This document shows positions 51,764-60,303 of a DNA stretch of 64,000 nt, piece by piece. The stretch's first letter is position 1, and every line of letters begins with the position of its first letter. Origin of the DNA: an uncultured Verrucomicrobiae bacterium. Lineage in GTDB: Bacteria; Verrucomicrobiota; Verrucomicrobiia; Limisphaerales; Palsa-1400. The stretch is from NCBI GenBank assembly GCA_963702845.1, contig OY969763.1:1248001-1312000 (forward strand), given 5' to 3'. The position numbers and the translations under genes were made by a program. Below the pieces are notes generated by a model that ran no database searches, was not told the origin of the DNA, and saw nothing but the letters and a program-made list of their open reading frames with translations.

Positions 51764-51906
51764 TAAACAACGCCTCATTCGTCGCTGTTCACGCGGGGAC
51801 TGCGGCGGCAACGAAGGCGTTCTCGGTGGATGCGGGTTTCGGCACCACCACCGTCTTCATGACCTCCATCGCGGCGAGTTTGCGCCACCATTCTTCGGCC
51901 TGCTCG
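51744..51906 (-). repeat. Repeat C1+B1: conserved 31-bp site plus orphan gene 3' end (EQAEEWWRKLAAMEV...AAAVPA*)
   Basis: Homologous to 55452-55599 and, for the B part, to 54655-54738. Confidence 0.9.
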
Positions 51907-51957
51907 AAACAAACAGGGCGCGGTGCGCGGGGTCAAGAAGGCAGAATACCGGCAAGC

Positions 51958-53574
51958 TCAAGGGTAGGGCTCGCCATGAACGGTTCGCGGCGCGGGTTGG
52001 AATGCCGCAGAGAAAATGTCATGGCGAGGATCGTAATAATCACCGGCGATGCCCATTAATCCGAGCAGCGTGTGGTCAAGTCGATCGGTTTGGTAAGGCC
52101 GGTTACGCAACTTGGAGTCGGTCTCAGGTTGGGTGCGGAAGGTCGAAGAGCGCCAGAAAATCATGGGGATTTCAAACTGCTCCCGCGCCCGTACGTTAAT
52201 ACCTGCAAAATTGTTGTGGTGGGCGACGTCCTGGCCGTGGTCGGAAACGAAGAGCCAGGCCACGGGTTGCGAGGACGCGCGGCAGAGAGCCAGCGAACGT
52301 TTCAGAACATGGTCCATGTAAAGTATGGCGTTGTCGTAGTAGTTGCGCTGGCTAATGGCCCAAAACGCGCGGCCTTCGGCTTTCAACTGCGTGGTGACGG
52401 CGTCGTCGGCGTTATTGAACCGCGCGAAGGATTTGGGGTAGCGGTAGAAATAGGCCGGATGGGCGTTGAGCAGGTGCACGATTATCAGTTTGCGGGGGCC
52501 GGGGTCGCGCAAGGCCTCCTCCAAAGCCGGAAGCACCGCTTCGTCATAGGACCCTGCGCCGCGCGAGGAGCCGCGATTTGCCATAACGGTTTTGTCGGCG
52601 TGTGAGGCGAAGACGGCAACCAATCCGTTTGCGTCGGTGCTATGATTGCTGATCCAGAAACTTTTGTAGCCGGCCTTTCTCGCCATCAGGAGCACGTCGG
52701 GCTTTTTCAGCCACAGGTCCGGGTGGGAGAGGTCCGCCGGGGTCAGGATATTTCTAAGCGCAGGGATGGTGGACGAATCGCAACTGACCACATCGGAAAA
52801 CCAGGTCAACTCATCGCCCATCGCATTCAGTTCGGGCGTGGTTTCCCGTTGGTAGCCGAAGCTGGGCAGGTTCAGCCGGGTGACACTTTCGCCGATGACA
52901 AAGACAAGCGTGCGAGGGGACGAGTCGGCGCAGTGCAAGGAATCGAGCTGCGGATCGGCAGCTGCAGTGGCCATCTTGGATTGCAGCGCGCGCGTCGCTT
53001 CGACGTCCCGCGCCCATTCCCGGTAGCGAATCGGAAAGAAGAGCGCCGGGTTATGGTTGCGAATGGACGAATTTAGATGAAACAGGAGGAACAGAATGGG
53101 GAAGGCCACGGCTGGTTTCCATGCGGCGCGCCGGACGTCGGCGGTCCGTGCCTGCGCCACGCCAACCCGCCTGCGCATTATCAGGGCGAATAGTGCCGCG
53201 AACACGGCCACGAGACCCGCGTGCTTGAGGAGAGCCAACATGTGGTGTTGGAGAAACTCAACCGCCTCCGCGCGGTCGGTGCTGAACATGGCTCCTACAA
53301 CAAAGTCTTCGTCAGGCCCAACGCCCAGGAATTCGCCCACGAAAGCGTGGAAACCGAGGAGCAGCAGGAATGGAATTGCTATAGCGAGGACGCAGGCTGT
53401 TCCGACTTTGGTTTCGTCGCCATGACGCGTGGTCCAGGCAGACACCGCCAGCACCGCGAGAGCGCCCAGCACCGCGATTTCGCTCGCCAGTTCCAAATTG
53501 ATCCAGCCCAGCATCAAATAGACAGCCGGGATCGTGATGAATGCTAGCGCTCTTGTTAACAGTATCATGCCCAT
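51958..53574 (-). CDS. Phosphoethanolamine transferase (EptA/CptA family)
   Basis: N-terminal TM helices, VIGES, catalytic-Thr region SSTIPAL, HLLNAH, YDNAI and SDHG. Start uncertain. Confidence 0.88.
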   Translation of the reverse strand: MGMILLTRALAFITIPAVYLMLGWINLELASEIAVLGALAVLAVSAWTTRHGDETKVGTACVLAIAIPFLLLLGFHAFVGEFLGVGPDEDFVVGAMFSTDRAEAVEFLQHHMLALLKHAGLVAVFAALFALIMRRRVGVAQARTADVRRAAWKPAVAFPILFLLFHLNSSIRNHNPALFFPIRYREWARDVEATRALQSKMATAAADPQLDSLHCADSSPRTLVFVIGESVTRLNLPSFGYQRETTPELNAMGDELTWFSDVVSCDSSTIPALRNILTPADLSHPDLWLKKPDVLLMARKAGYKSFWISNHSTDANGLVAVFASHADKTVMANRGSSRGAGSYDEAVLPALEEALRDPGPRKLIIVHLLNAHPAYFYRYPKSFARFNNADDAVTTQLKAEGRAFWAISQRNYYDNAILYMDHVLKRSLALCRASSQPVAWLFVSDHGQDVAHHNNFAGINVRAREQFEIPMIFWRSSTFRTQPETDSKLRNRPYQTDRLDHTLLGLMGIAGDYYDPRHDIFSAAFQPAPRTVHGEPYP

Positions 53575-53712
53575 ACCCGCAAAGCCGCCTCGGAATGCAG
53601 CAATACTCGGGAGTTCCGGATTGCTGTGCCTTCTTCTTGCACGGAACATTGCCCGACGTCAACTATAGAAAATGTGCTGGTTCCGCTTTCGGAACTAGCT
53701 AAAGTCCCGTTT

Positions 53713-54633
53713 GTGAAGAATCCCTTACGCAAAAAGACCGTAAGAGTCGGGGCGATTTGCCTGGCGTCCATTTTGGTGGCTTATCTGATTCTTGGTTTTA
53801 CCGGCGGAGGATGGAGCCCTCGGTTGGACGATACGTTTCAATGGGACGGCGATTCGATGCTGCTTTTCGCCCACCGGGGGCTGGGTCGAAGCGTCCCGGA
53901 GAACAGCTTGGCGGCTTTCGCGGAAGCCCGGCAGCTTGGGTTCAAGGCGGTGGAGCTCGATATCCGAAAAACGAAAGACGGCCAACTGGCGATACTTCAC
54001 GACCCAACCCCTAAGCGGACGCTGGGCTTGGACGTCCGGTTCGGCGATTTAACCCTGGCGGAAATCAAACAGCGCAGAATGCTTTTCAAAGGGCAGGAAA
54101 CAACCAATTACATTCCGACCCTTCGGGAGGTGTTTGAAGCGGAAGGTAAGAATCTCCGGTTCTATCTTGATATGAAAGAGAAGAAGTTCCGCGACGCGGA
54201 CCAAATCGCGAGCCTCATCCAGGAGTTTGACCTTTATGACCGGACGATTCTTGCTTCGGTAGATCCGCTGTTTGTGGTGTACGTCGAGCATAAGTATCCA
54301 AGGATCAACACCACCCTTGAAAGGTTTGATACCGCCCAGTCATGGCTTTACCGACTGATCCCGAAAAGATGGAAACCTGATTATCTCTCCGGAGATGCCT
54401 CCAAGGCGGACTGCCAGCAGCACTGGCTGAAGGAAAACAATTTGCTGTCCAAACGAATCGTCTACTCGGTTGATCGGACGACTTACCAGCTGACGCTGAA
54501 CTCCGGCATCAGAAAGGCGATCGTAGATAACGATTTCAGCCTTTACTCAGACTCGCTGTCAAAACAGGTGCCGAGCTACCCGCATGAGACGGCTGTCTCA
54601 ACCGAACGGCTGAGTGAACCGCACTCGCAGTGA
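53713..54633 (+). CDS. Glycerophosphodiester phosphodiesterase family protein
   Basis: AHRG, PENSLAAF, VELDI, TKDG...HD and IPTLRE motifs. Start uncertain. Confidence 0.88.
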   Translation: MKNPLRKKTVRVGAICLASILVAYLILGFTGGGWSPRLDDTFQWDGDSMLLFAHRGLGRSVPENSLAAFAEARQLGFKAVELDIRKTKDGQLAILHDPTPKRTLGLDVRFGDLTLAEIKQRRMLFKGQETTNYIPTLREVFEAEGKNLRFYLDMKEKKFRDADQIASLIQEFDLYDRTILASVDPLFVVYVEHKYPRINTTLERFDTAQSWLYRLIPKRWKPDYLSGDASKADCQQHWLKENNLLSKRIVYSVDRTTYQLTLNSGIRKAIVDNDFSLYSDSLSKQVPSYPHETAVSTERLSEPHSQ

Positions 54634-54654
54634 GACATCTGTCAGATAATCATT

Positions 54655-54738
54655 GTTCACGTGGGGATTTCGGCGGCGATGGGTTTTCCGGTGGATGCGG
54701 GTTTCGGCACAACCCCGGTTTTGGCGACCTCCATCGCG
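54655..54738 (-). repeat. Repeat B2: shorter orphan gene 3' end (AMEVAKTGVVPKPASTGKPIAAEIPT*)
   Basis: Aligns to B1 and B3 with the TGA at the same position. Confidence 0.85.
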
Positions 54739-54818
54739 CCAAACCTGCGCGCCACCTTTAAAACCCTTGTTCGCGGATTAAAAGTATGGGAACTGTTGTC
54801 CCAGATTAATTGTTAGGC
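54737..54818 (+). mobile_element. attI-like recombination site, copy A2 (core GTTAGGC)
   Basis: 73/78 match to A1; core 10 nt before ATG 54829. Confidence 0.7.
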
Positions 54819-54828
54819 GCATGTCGAC

Positions 54829-55431
54829 ATGTCACTTCTAAAACCACTTACTGATTTGCAGCAGGGAAATCGATGCCTTTTTGCCAAGGATTATGAAAGG
54901 GCAGTCGAGTATTTCTTGCGCCATGCCCAAGCGCATCCGCAGGAGCGCGCCACAGCTTACGTGCAGGTCGCGGAATGCTGTCGCCGTTCAAACATCATCC
55001 CTCAACCTCAGCCCATCGCCCCGGGAGTCACGCTGGCATCGGCGAGTGATCGGCCTTCAGCAGAGTATTACTACCGTTTGGCACTTCAGAGCGAACCAGA
55101 CCACTTTGGCGCGTTGGGGGGACTAGCCGAGGTTTTGCCGGAGGCCGCTGATGAGCGCTTGTCGATTCTAGAGCGGGCCGCGGCTCTCCAGCCCAGTTGT
55201 TTGATCTTGGTCGCTCTCGGCGATTTCTATCGAAGCCATCGCAAGGATTTCTCTCGAGCGTACGAGAGCTATCGCCGCGCACAGGAGCAGAGTCCCAGAG
55301 ACGAAACCGCCTATCGTCGCCTGAATGACATGTGCCGGCGTCTCGGCAGGCCTGACGAAGCAACGGAGTGGAGCGAGCGATGGAGAGAGGCGAAAGCGAC
55401 GAAAAAGCGAGTGGACGGGAAAACAGCATGA
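54829..55431 (+). CDS. Gene-cassette-like TPR protein
   Basis: TPR-like helices; flanked by GTTAGGCGCAT and its exact 11-bp complement ATGCGCCTAAC (55435-55445). Confidence 0.8.
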   Translation: MSLLKPLTDLQQGNRCLFAKDYERAVEYFLRHAQAHPQERATAYVQVAECCRRSNIIPQPQPIAPGVTLASASDRPSAEYYYRLALQSEPDHFGALGGLAEVLPEAADERLSILERAAALQPSCLILVALGDFYRSHRKDFSRAYESYRRAQEQSPRDETAYRRLNDMCRRLGRPDEATEWSERWREAKATKKRVDGKTA

Positions 55432-55451
55432 CCGATGCGCCTAACAAATGA

Positions 55452-55599
55452 AAACTCCCGGCCTTAATTAATAAACAGCGCCGTTCACGCGGGGACTGCG
55501 GCGGCAATGGGGCTATCGGCTGACGCGGGTTTCGGCACCACCATCGTGTTCAATCACCTCCAGCGCGGCGACTTGCCCCACCATTCTTCCGCCTGCTCG
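55452..55599 (-). repeat. Repeat C2+B3: conserved 31-bp site plus orphan gene 3' end
   Basis: C2 is 26/31 identical to C1; B3 ends at the same GCCTGCTCG boundary as B1. Confidence 0.9.
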
Positions 55600-55741
55600 T
55601 GGCCCCACTGGTTTGCGGCTGCGAAGCGTCTCAATGCCAACTCCAAACGGGTGCGCGCGCGGGGCGATCGGCCGGGTTCTTGGTCAGCGGGTCATGATTT
55701 CCGCAATGGATATTCCGGTAAAGAGGGGATGGGCCCCGTTT

Positions 55742-56122
55742 TCACGATGCTTTGAGCTTCAGGGTAAAACGAACTGGTATGTGACCAACGCTTCCCACAA
55801 TCGCCACGTTGCCAGGAATGATCATATTCTGGGTCGTGTGAATCGGCGTACCGAGCGGAACCCCTGGTGACGAATTTGTATCGGTTACACTGAGGTCGCC
55901 TTCGATCACGACGGCGAACTTGCCATCCGCCAGCGGCGTTGCGGTCAGAATGCAGTCCTTGCCCTCAAGTTGCAGATGCGTTGGAGTGCTGGCGGTAACC
56001 TCCACTACGCCCCAGTCCGTGACCTGGATGGCGCCATCCTGATTTTTGACAGCGGAGGATTTATTGCAGCCGGCTAGCATTAAAATGCTGGCCGCAAATG
56101 CAGGGAGGACGAGCTTTTTCAT
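55742..56122 (-). CDS. Putative lipoprotein
   Basis: MKK, hydrophobic stretch and LAGC lipobox; starts about 40 nt after attI-like copy A3. Confidence 0.78.
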   Translation of the reverse strand: MKKLVLPAFAASILMLAGCNKSSAVKNQDGAIQVTDWGVVEVTASTPTHLQLEGKDCILTATPLADGKFAVVIEGDLSVTDTNSSPGVPLGTPIHTTQNMIIPGNVAIVGSVGHIPVRFTLKLKAS

Positions 56123-56161
56123 CGTGTTAATTGTGAACACCGCATTGTAAAACAAGTTTCG

Positions 56162-56218
56162 GTTCAACAATTAATGTGTGACAACTGTTCGCACATTTTT
56201 ATTACGCGAACAAGAGTT
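56162..56218 (-). mobile_element. attI-like recombination site, copy A3, inverted (core GTTGAAC)
   Basis: Reverse complement matches A2 at 44/53 positions without gaps, ending at GTT. Confidence 0.65.
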
Positions 56219-56241
56219 GCAACACTCCGAAGAACCGGCGC

Positions 56242-56637
56242 TCAGATCCAACGCTGTACCGACTCACCTATATCGCTCGGCAACTGATTGAAGCACAGTT
56301 TGGATTGAGGCGCGTGTTCATGCACCACGTTTACCAACTTCTCAAACAGCATAAAGTTGCTCGGAACCGTTCTAACACCTGCTCCAATAAGGACGCAATC
56401 GAACCGCTTCTGCTTGAGCTGGCTTTGAACCACGGCCTCAGCGGTTTCGCCAAAGTCGGTCATACACGTTTGCACACTGTAACCGAGACGAGTCAGTTCC
56501 TCTTCAGAGGACTTGACACCAGCCAGCACCTTGGCTGCGCTCATGCCCGGCGGATAGCCGGGTTTTGAGAAATCAATCAGTGCCGGGTCCAGGCCAACCA
56601 CGAGTACACTTTTCTTGTCTGTCATAGATATGTCCAT
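56242..56637 (-). CDS. Conserved-looking hypothetical protein
   Basis: Alpha/beta pattern (FDCVLIGAGVR, LFEKLVNVVHEHAP); function unknown. Confidence 0.78.
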   Translation of the reverse strand: MDISMTDKKSVLVVGLDPALIDFSKPGYPPGMSAAKVLAGVKSSEEELTRLGYSVQTCMTDFGETAEAVVQSQLKQKRFDCVLIGAGVRTVPSNFMLFEKLVNVVHEHAPQSKLCFNQLPSDIGESVQRWI

Positions 56638-56955
56638 GTAGTTATTGAGTGACGGATGCAGGGATGCGGCGAAGCTAGGCCGTGCCGGGAAGGGCGTCAA
56701 GCTATACCGCGAGGCACGGAGGTTCCGGTTGCGAGGTAATCTTATTACTACATAATTGACGAATGAGTAACTTCATGCCACGCTGCTGCCATGAAACTAA
56801 AGCGTTTCGATAGCAAATCCGAGCAGCCACGTCCCACTCTCACCCAGCGGAACACCGAAACGCTTGTACCCATTCGGCTTTCGAACGCTCGCACCACCCA
56901 ATATCTGCGAAATGGCTTTTCCCTTCCCGCAAACCTCAATAAAAAGTCGGCAAAA

Positions 56956-56992
56956 GTCACCTGCTGCCACCTACGGTCACCTACTGTCACCC
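56956..56992. repeat. Four 10-bp tandem repeats next to an A-tract
   Basis: GTCACCTGCT GCCACCTACG GTCACCTACT GTCACCC, then A8. Confidence 0.75.
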
Positions 56993-57195
56993 AAAAAAAA
57001 TGTTTTATAAACACCACAGAAACTCAGTTTTTTCCACGCCCGCTTGCGTTTCGTTCACTTTTACACGTCGTTTTTACCCCCGTTTTTCGCGCATTTTCGC
57101 GCACGCTCGGCGCTGTCACGTGTTCAGAACTCATTTTCCCGCTTGGCTTTCGGCAAAAGGTGGTCTCATATCGTCCTACGTACAACCAAAACGCT

Positions 57196-60100
57196 ATGCA
57201 TAAACTTAGCCGCATCGCCCTGGCTTTCGCGCTAACCACACTCAGCGCCACCGCCACCCTCAAACCCGTCGCCCTTCAATGCGAGTATCTCGATAACCCG
57301 CTGGGGCTCGACGAAACCTCGCCGAGCTTGAGCTGGAAGGTCGAAGCTTCCGAGAACAACCAAAAACAAACCGCCTATCAGGTCCTCGTTTCCACCAACG
57401 AAGTCGTGAAGGCCGGCGACCTCTGGGACAGCGGCAAAGTGAATAGCGACGAAACCGGCGCAATCTATTACCAGGGCAAACCGCTGAAGACCGGCCAGCA
57501 TTGCTATTGGAAAGTCGAAGTGTGGGACAAGGACGGCAAATCTTCTGGTTGGAGCAAACCAGCGATGTGGAGCATGGGCCTGCTTCAACAGTCCGATTGG
57601 AAAGGTGACTGGATCGGCTACGACAAAGCGCGGACCGCTTCGAACGCCGACGCGCCTCTTGATGATGCCAAGTGGATTTGGTTTAGCGGCGATAAAGGCC
57701 CGAACTTTCCCAAGGCAAATCGTGTCTTCATGAGTGAGATCGCTGTCGCTGAGAAATCCAAAATTCAAAAAGCCGAACTCTACTTGTCCGCCGACGACCT
57801 TTGCTCGTTCAACATCAACGGCCAACAAGTCAGCCAACCCGGCGACAATCTCGTCAAACGTTGCCTCTTGCTCGATGTCACGCCACAAATTAAACCCGGG
57901 CTTAACACCCTGCGCGCGCAAGTCGACAATGCCTCCGTGGGTCCCGGTGGCCTTATTGCCAAACTCGTCGTCACTACCAGTGATGGTCACAAATTCACTG
58001 AAGTCACCGATGAATCGTGGCACGCCACCGATAACGGCGGGGCCAATTGGCACGCCCGTCCAATCACCGACAAAGAGTGGCCTTACGTCCAGGTCATCGG
58101 CAATTACGGCACGGAGCCGTGGGGCAAACTCAAATATTCAACGCTCTCGTTGCCACCGCCGGCGTATTTGCGCAGAGAGTTCGACGTCGAGAAAAAGGTC
58201 ACGCGTGCCACCATTTACGCCACCGCTCTCGGCGACTGCGATTTGTATGTCAACGGCCAGCGTGTCAGTAACGATCGATTCACACCGGGCTGGACCGACT
58301 ACACCAAACGCGTCCACTATCGCACCTACGACGTGACCGATCTCGTCCGTAGCGATCGCAACGCAGTCGGCGCAATTCTCGCTGACGGTTGGTATAGCGG
58401 TTATATCGGCTGGGGCCAAAAACGCGACCACTACGGCACCAAACCTCGTTTTCGCGCGCAGTTACAACTCGAATACGCCGATGGCACCAGCGAAACACTC
58501 GCCACCGATGCCAGTTGGAAAGCCTCCACCGGCCCAGTTCGCGAAGAAGATTTTTTGATGGGTGCAACCTACGACGCTCGCCTGGACTCAAATTGGGACC
58601 AGGCACATTTCGACGATAGTAAATGGGATCCTGTCGTGACTGGCGCCGAAATGCATCCGCCCATCCAGGCCCATCCCGGTCCGGCCATTCACACCTTTAC
58701 CGAAGTGGTTCCCGTTGACCTCAACGAACCGAAGCCCGGCATTTATATCTTCAACCTTGGCCAAAACTTTGCCGGGGTAGCGCGATTGAAAGTGCGTGGA
58801 GACGCCGGACAAAAAATCACGTTGCGCTTTGCCGAACGCCTCAACTCTGACGGCACCGTTTACACAACCAACCTTCGTGGCGCTCGTGCCACCGATACAT
58901 TTATTTGCCGAGGCGGCGGACTCGAAATCTGGGAACCTCGTTTTACGTTTCACGGTTTCCAATACGTCGAAGTCACCGGCCTTAAACAAGCGCCGACTAA
59001 AGCAACCATCACCGGAATCGCTTTGAGCAGCGATACCCCGCACGTCGGTTCATTCGAATCATCGGATCCGATGCTCAATCGCCTCGCGAGAAATATTTAT
59101 TGGACCCAACGCGCCAACTTCATCGACATCCCCACCGATTGTCCGCAACGCGATGAACGCCTCGGCTGGACCGGCGATGCGCAGGTTTACGCCCGCGCGG
59201 CCACGCTCAATTGCGACGTGCACGCGTTCTTCGACAAATGGCTGGTCGACCTCGACGACGGCCAACGTGCCGATGGCCAATTCCCAATGATCGCTCCAGT
59301 TAAAATCGCCGGCGACGACGGTGGCCCCGCCTGGGCGGACGCCGGTGTGATTTGCCCCGTGACAATGTATTGGGTTTACAACGACCGCCGCGTTCTCGAA
59401 CGTCATTACCCGGCGATGACGAAGTTCATCGAGTTCTGCAAAAACCGCAGCACGCCTGATCTGCTGCCGCCGAAACAATTTCACTGCTTTGGCGACTGGC
59501 TCAGCATCAACGCCGACACACCCAAAGAAGTCATTTACGAAGCCTACTTCGCTTACAGCACGAAGCTCGTCGCCCGCGCCGCACAAGATCTTGGCAAACC
59601 GCAAGACGCCGCCAAATACAACGAACTCTTTGACCAGATCAAAGCCGCGTTCAACAAAGCTTACGTCGACGCCGACGGCCGCATTAAAGGCAACACCCAA
59701 ACCGCTTACGTTCTCGCGCTCGCTTTCGAGCTGCTCGACGTCGACAAACAAAAGCTCGCCGCGAAATATCTCGTCGAAGACATCGAGAAACGCGATTGGC
59801 ATCTCTCCACCGGATTTGTCGGCACCAAGAACCTGATGCTCGTCCTCGCGAAAATCGGCCGCGACGACGTCGCCTATCGTCTCATTCACAACACGACATT
59901 CCCGAGCTGGGGCTTCTCCATCGAGCAAGGCGCCACCAGCATTTGGGAACGCTGGGACGGTTGGCGTCCCGACAAAGGGTTTCAAGACCCCGGCATGAAC
60001 TCCTTTGCGCATTATTCATTTGGCGCAGTTTATCAGTGGATGGTCGAAAACATCGGCGGCATTCACTCCGACGGTCCCGGCTACAAACACCTGGTCATCG

Positions 60101-60303
60101 CCCCCGTTCCCGACGGCCACATGCAATGGGCCAAGACCAGCTACAGCAGCATTCACGGCCTGATCTCAAGCGATTGGAAAATGGAAAATAAAAAGCTGAA
60201 GCTCGACGTCACGATTCCCGCCAACACAACGGCGACTGTGATACTCCCCGGTCAAACCGGCAAAGAAATCGGCTCCGGCACCTATCACTTCGAATCGATG
60301 TAA
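57196..60303 (+). CDS. Alpha-L-rhamnosidase (GH78)
   Basis: Signal peptide, DLWDSGKV, NLGQNFAG, TFHGFQY, PTDCPQRDERLGWTGD, GATSIWERW and MNSFAHY. Confidence 0.95.
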   Translation: MHKLSRIALAFALTTLSATATLKPVALQCEYLDNPLGLDETSPSLSWKVEASENNQKQTAYQVLVSTNEVVKAGDLWDSGKVNSDETGAIYYQGKPLKTGQHCYWKVEVWDKDGKSSGWSKPAMWSMGLLQQSDWKGDWIGYDKARTASNADAPLDDAKWIWFSGDKGPNFPKANRVFMSEIAVAEKSKIQKAELYLSADDLCSFNINGQQVSQPGDNLVKRCLLLDVTPQIKPGLNTLRAQVDNASVGPGGLIAKLVVTTSDGHKFTEVTDESWHATDNGGANWHARPITDKEWPYVQVIGNYGTEPWGKLKYSTLSLPPPAYLRREFDVEKKVTRATIYATALGDCDLYVNGQRVSNDRFTPGWTDYTKRVHYRTYDVTDLVRSDRNAVGAILADGWYSGYIGWGQKRDHYGTKPRFRAQLQLEYADGTSETLATDASWKASTGPVREEDFLMGATYDARLDSNWDQAHFDDSKWDPVVTGAEMHPPIQAHPGPAIHTFTEVVPVDLNEPKPGIYIFNLGQNFAGVARLKVRGDAGQKITLRFAERLNSDGTVYTTNLRGARATDTFICRGGGLEIWEPRFTFHGFQYVEVTGLKQAPTKATITGIALSSDTPHVGSFESSDPMLNRLARNIYWTQRANFIDIPTDCPQRDERLGWTGDAQVYARAATLNCDVHAFFDKWLVDLDDGQRADGQFPMIAPVKIAGDDGGPAWADAGVICPVTMYWVYNDRRVLERHYPAMTKFIEFCKNRSTPDLLPPKQFHCFGDWLSINADTPKEVIYEAYFAYSTKLVARAAQDLGKPQDAAKYNELFDQIKAAFNKAYVDADGRIKGNTQTAYVLALAFELLDVDKQKLAAKYLVEDIEKRDWHLSTGFVGTKNLMLVLAKIGRDDVAYRLIHNTTFPSWGFSIEQGATSIWERWDGWRPDKGFQDPGMNSFAHYSFGAVYQWMVENIGGIHSDGPGYKHLVIAPVPDGHMQWAKTSYSSIHGLISSDWKMENKKLKLDVTIPANTTATVILPGQTGKEIGSGTYHFESM

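Noticed and set aside
51787..55599. Diversity-generating retroelement TR/VR pair
   Set aside because: Differences between B copies are not adenine-specific and include indels; no reverse transcriptase is in the window.
51213..56218. Complete integron or classical CALIN
   Set aside because: No intI or other tyrosine recombinase ORF is present, and no full attC hairpin with both arms was found.
56791..57195. N-terminal 135 aa of the 1170-aa ORF
   Set aside because: The signal peptide begins at ATG 57196; the upstream part is low-complexity and A/T-tract rich.
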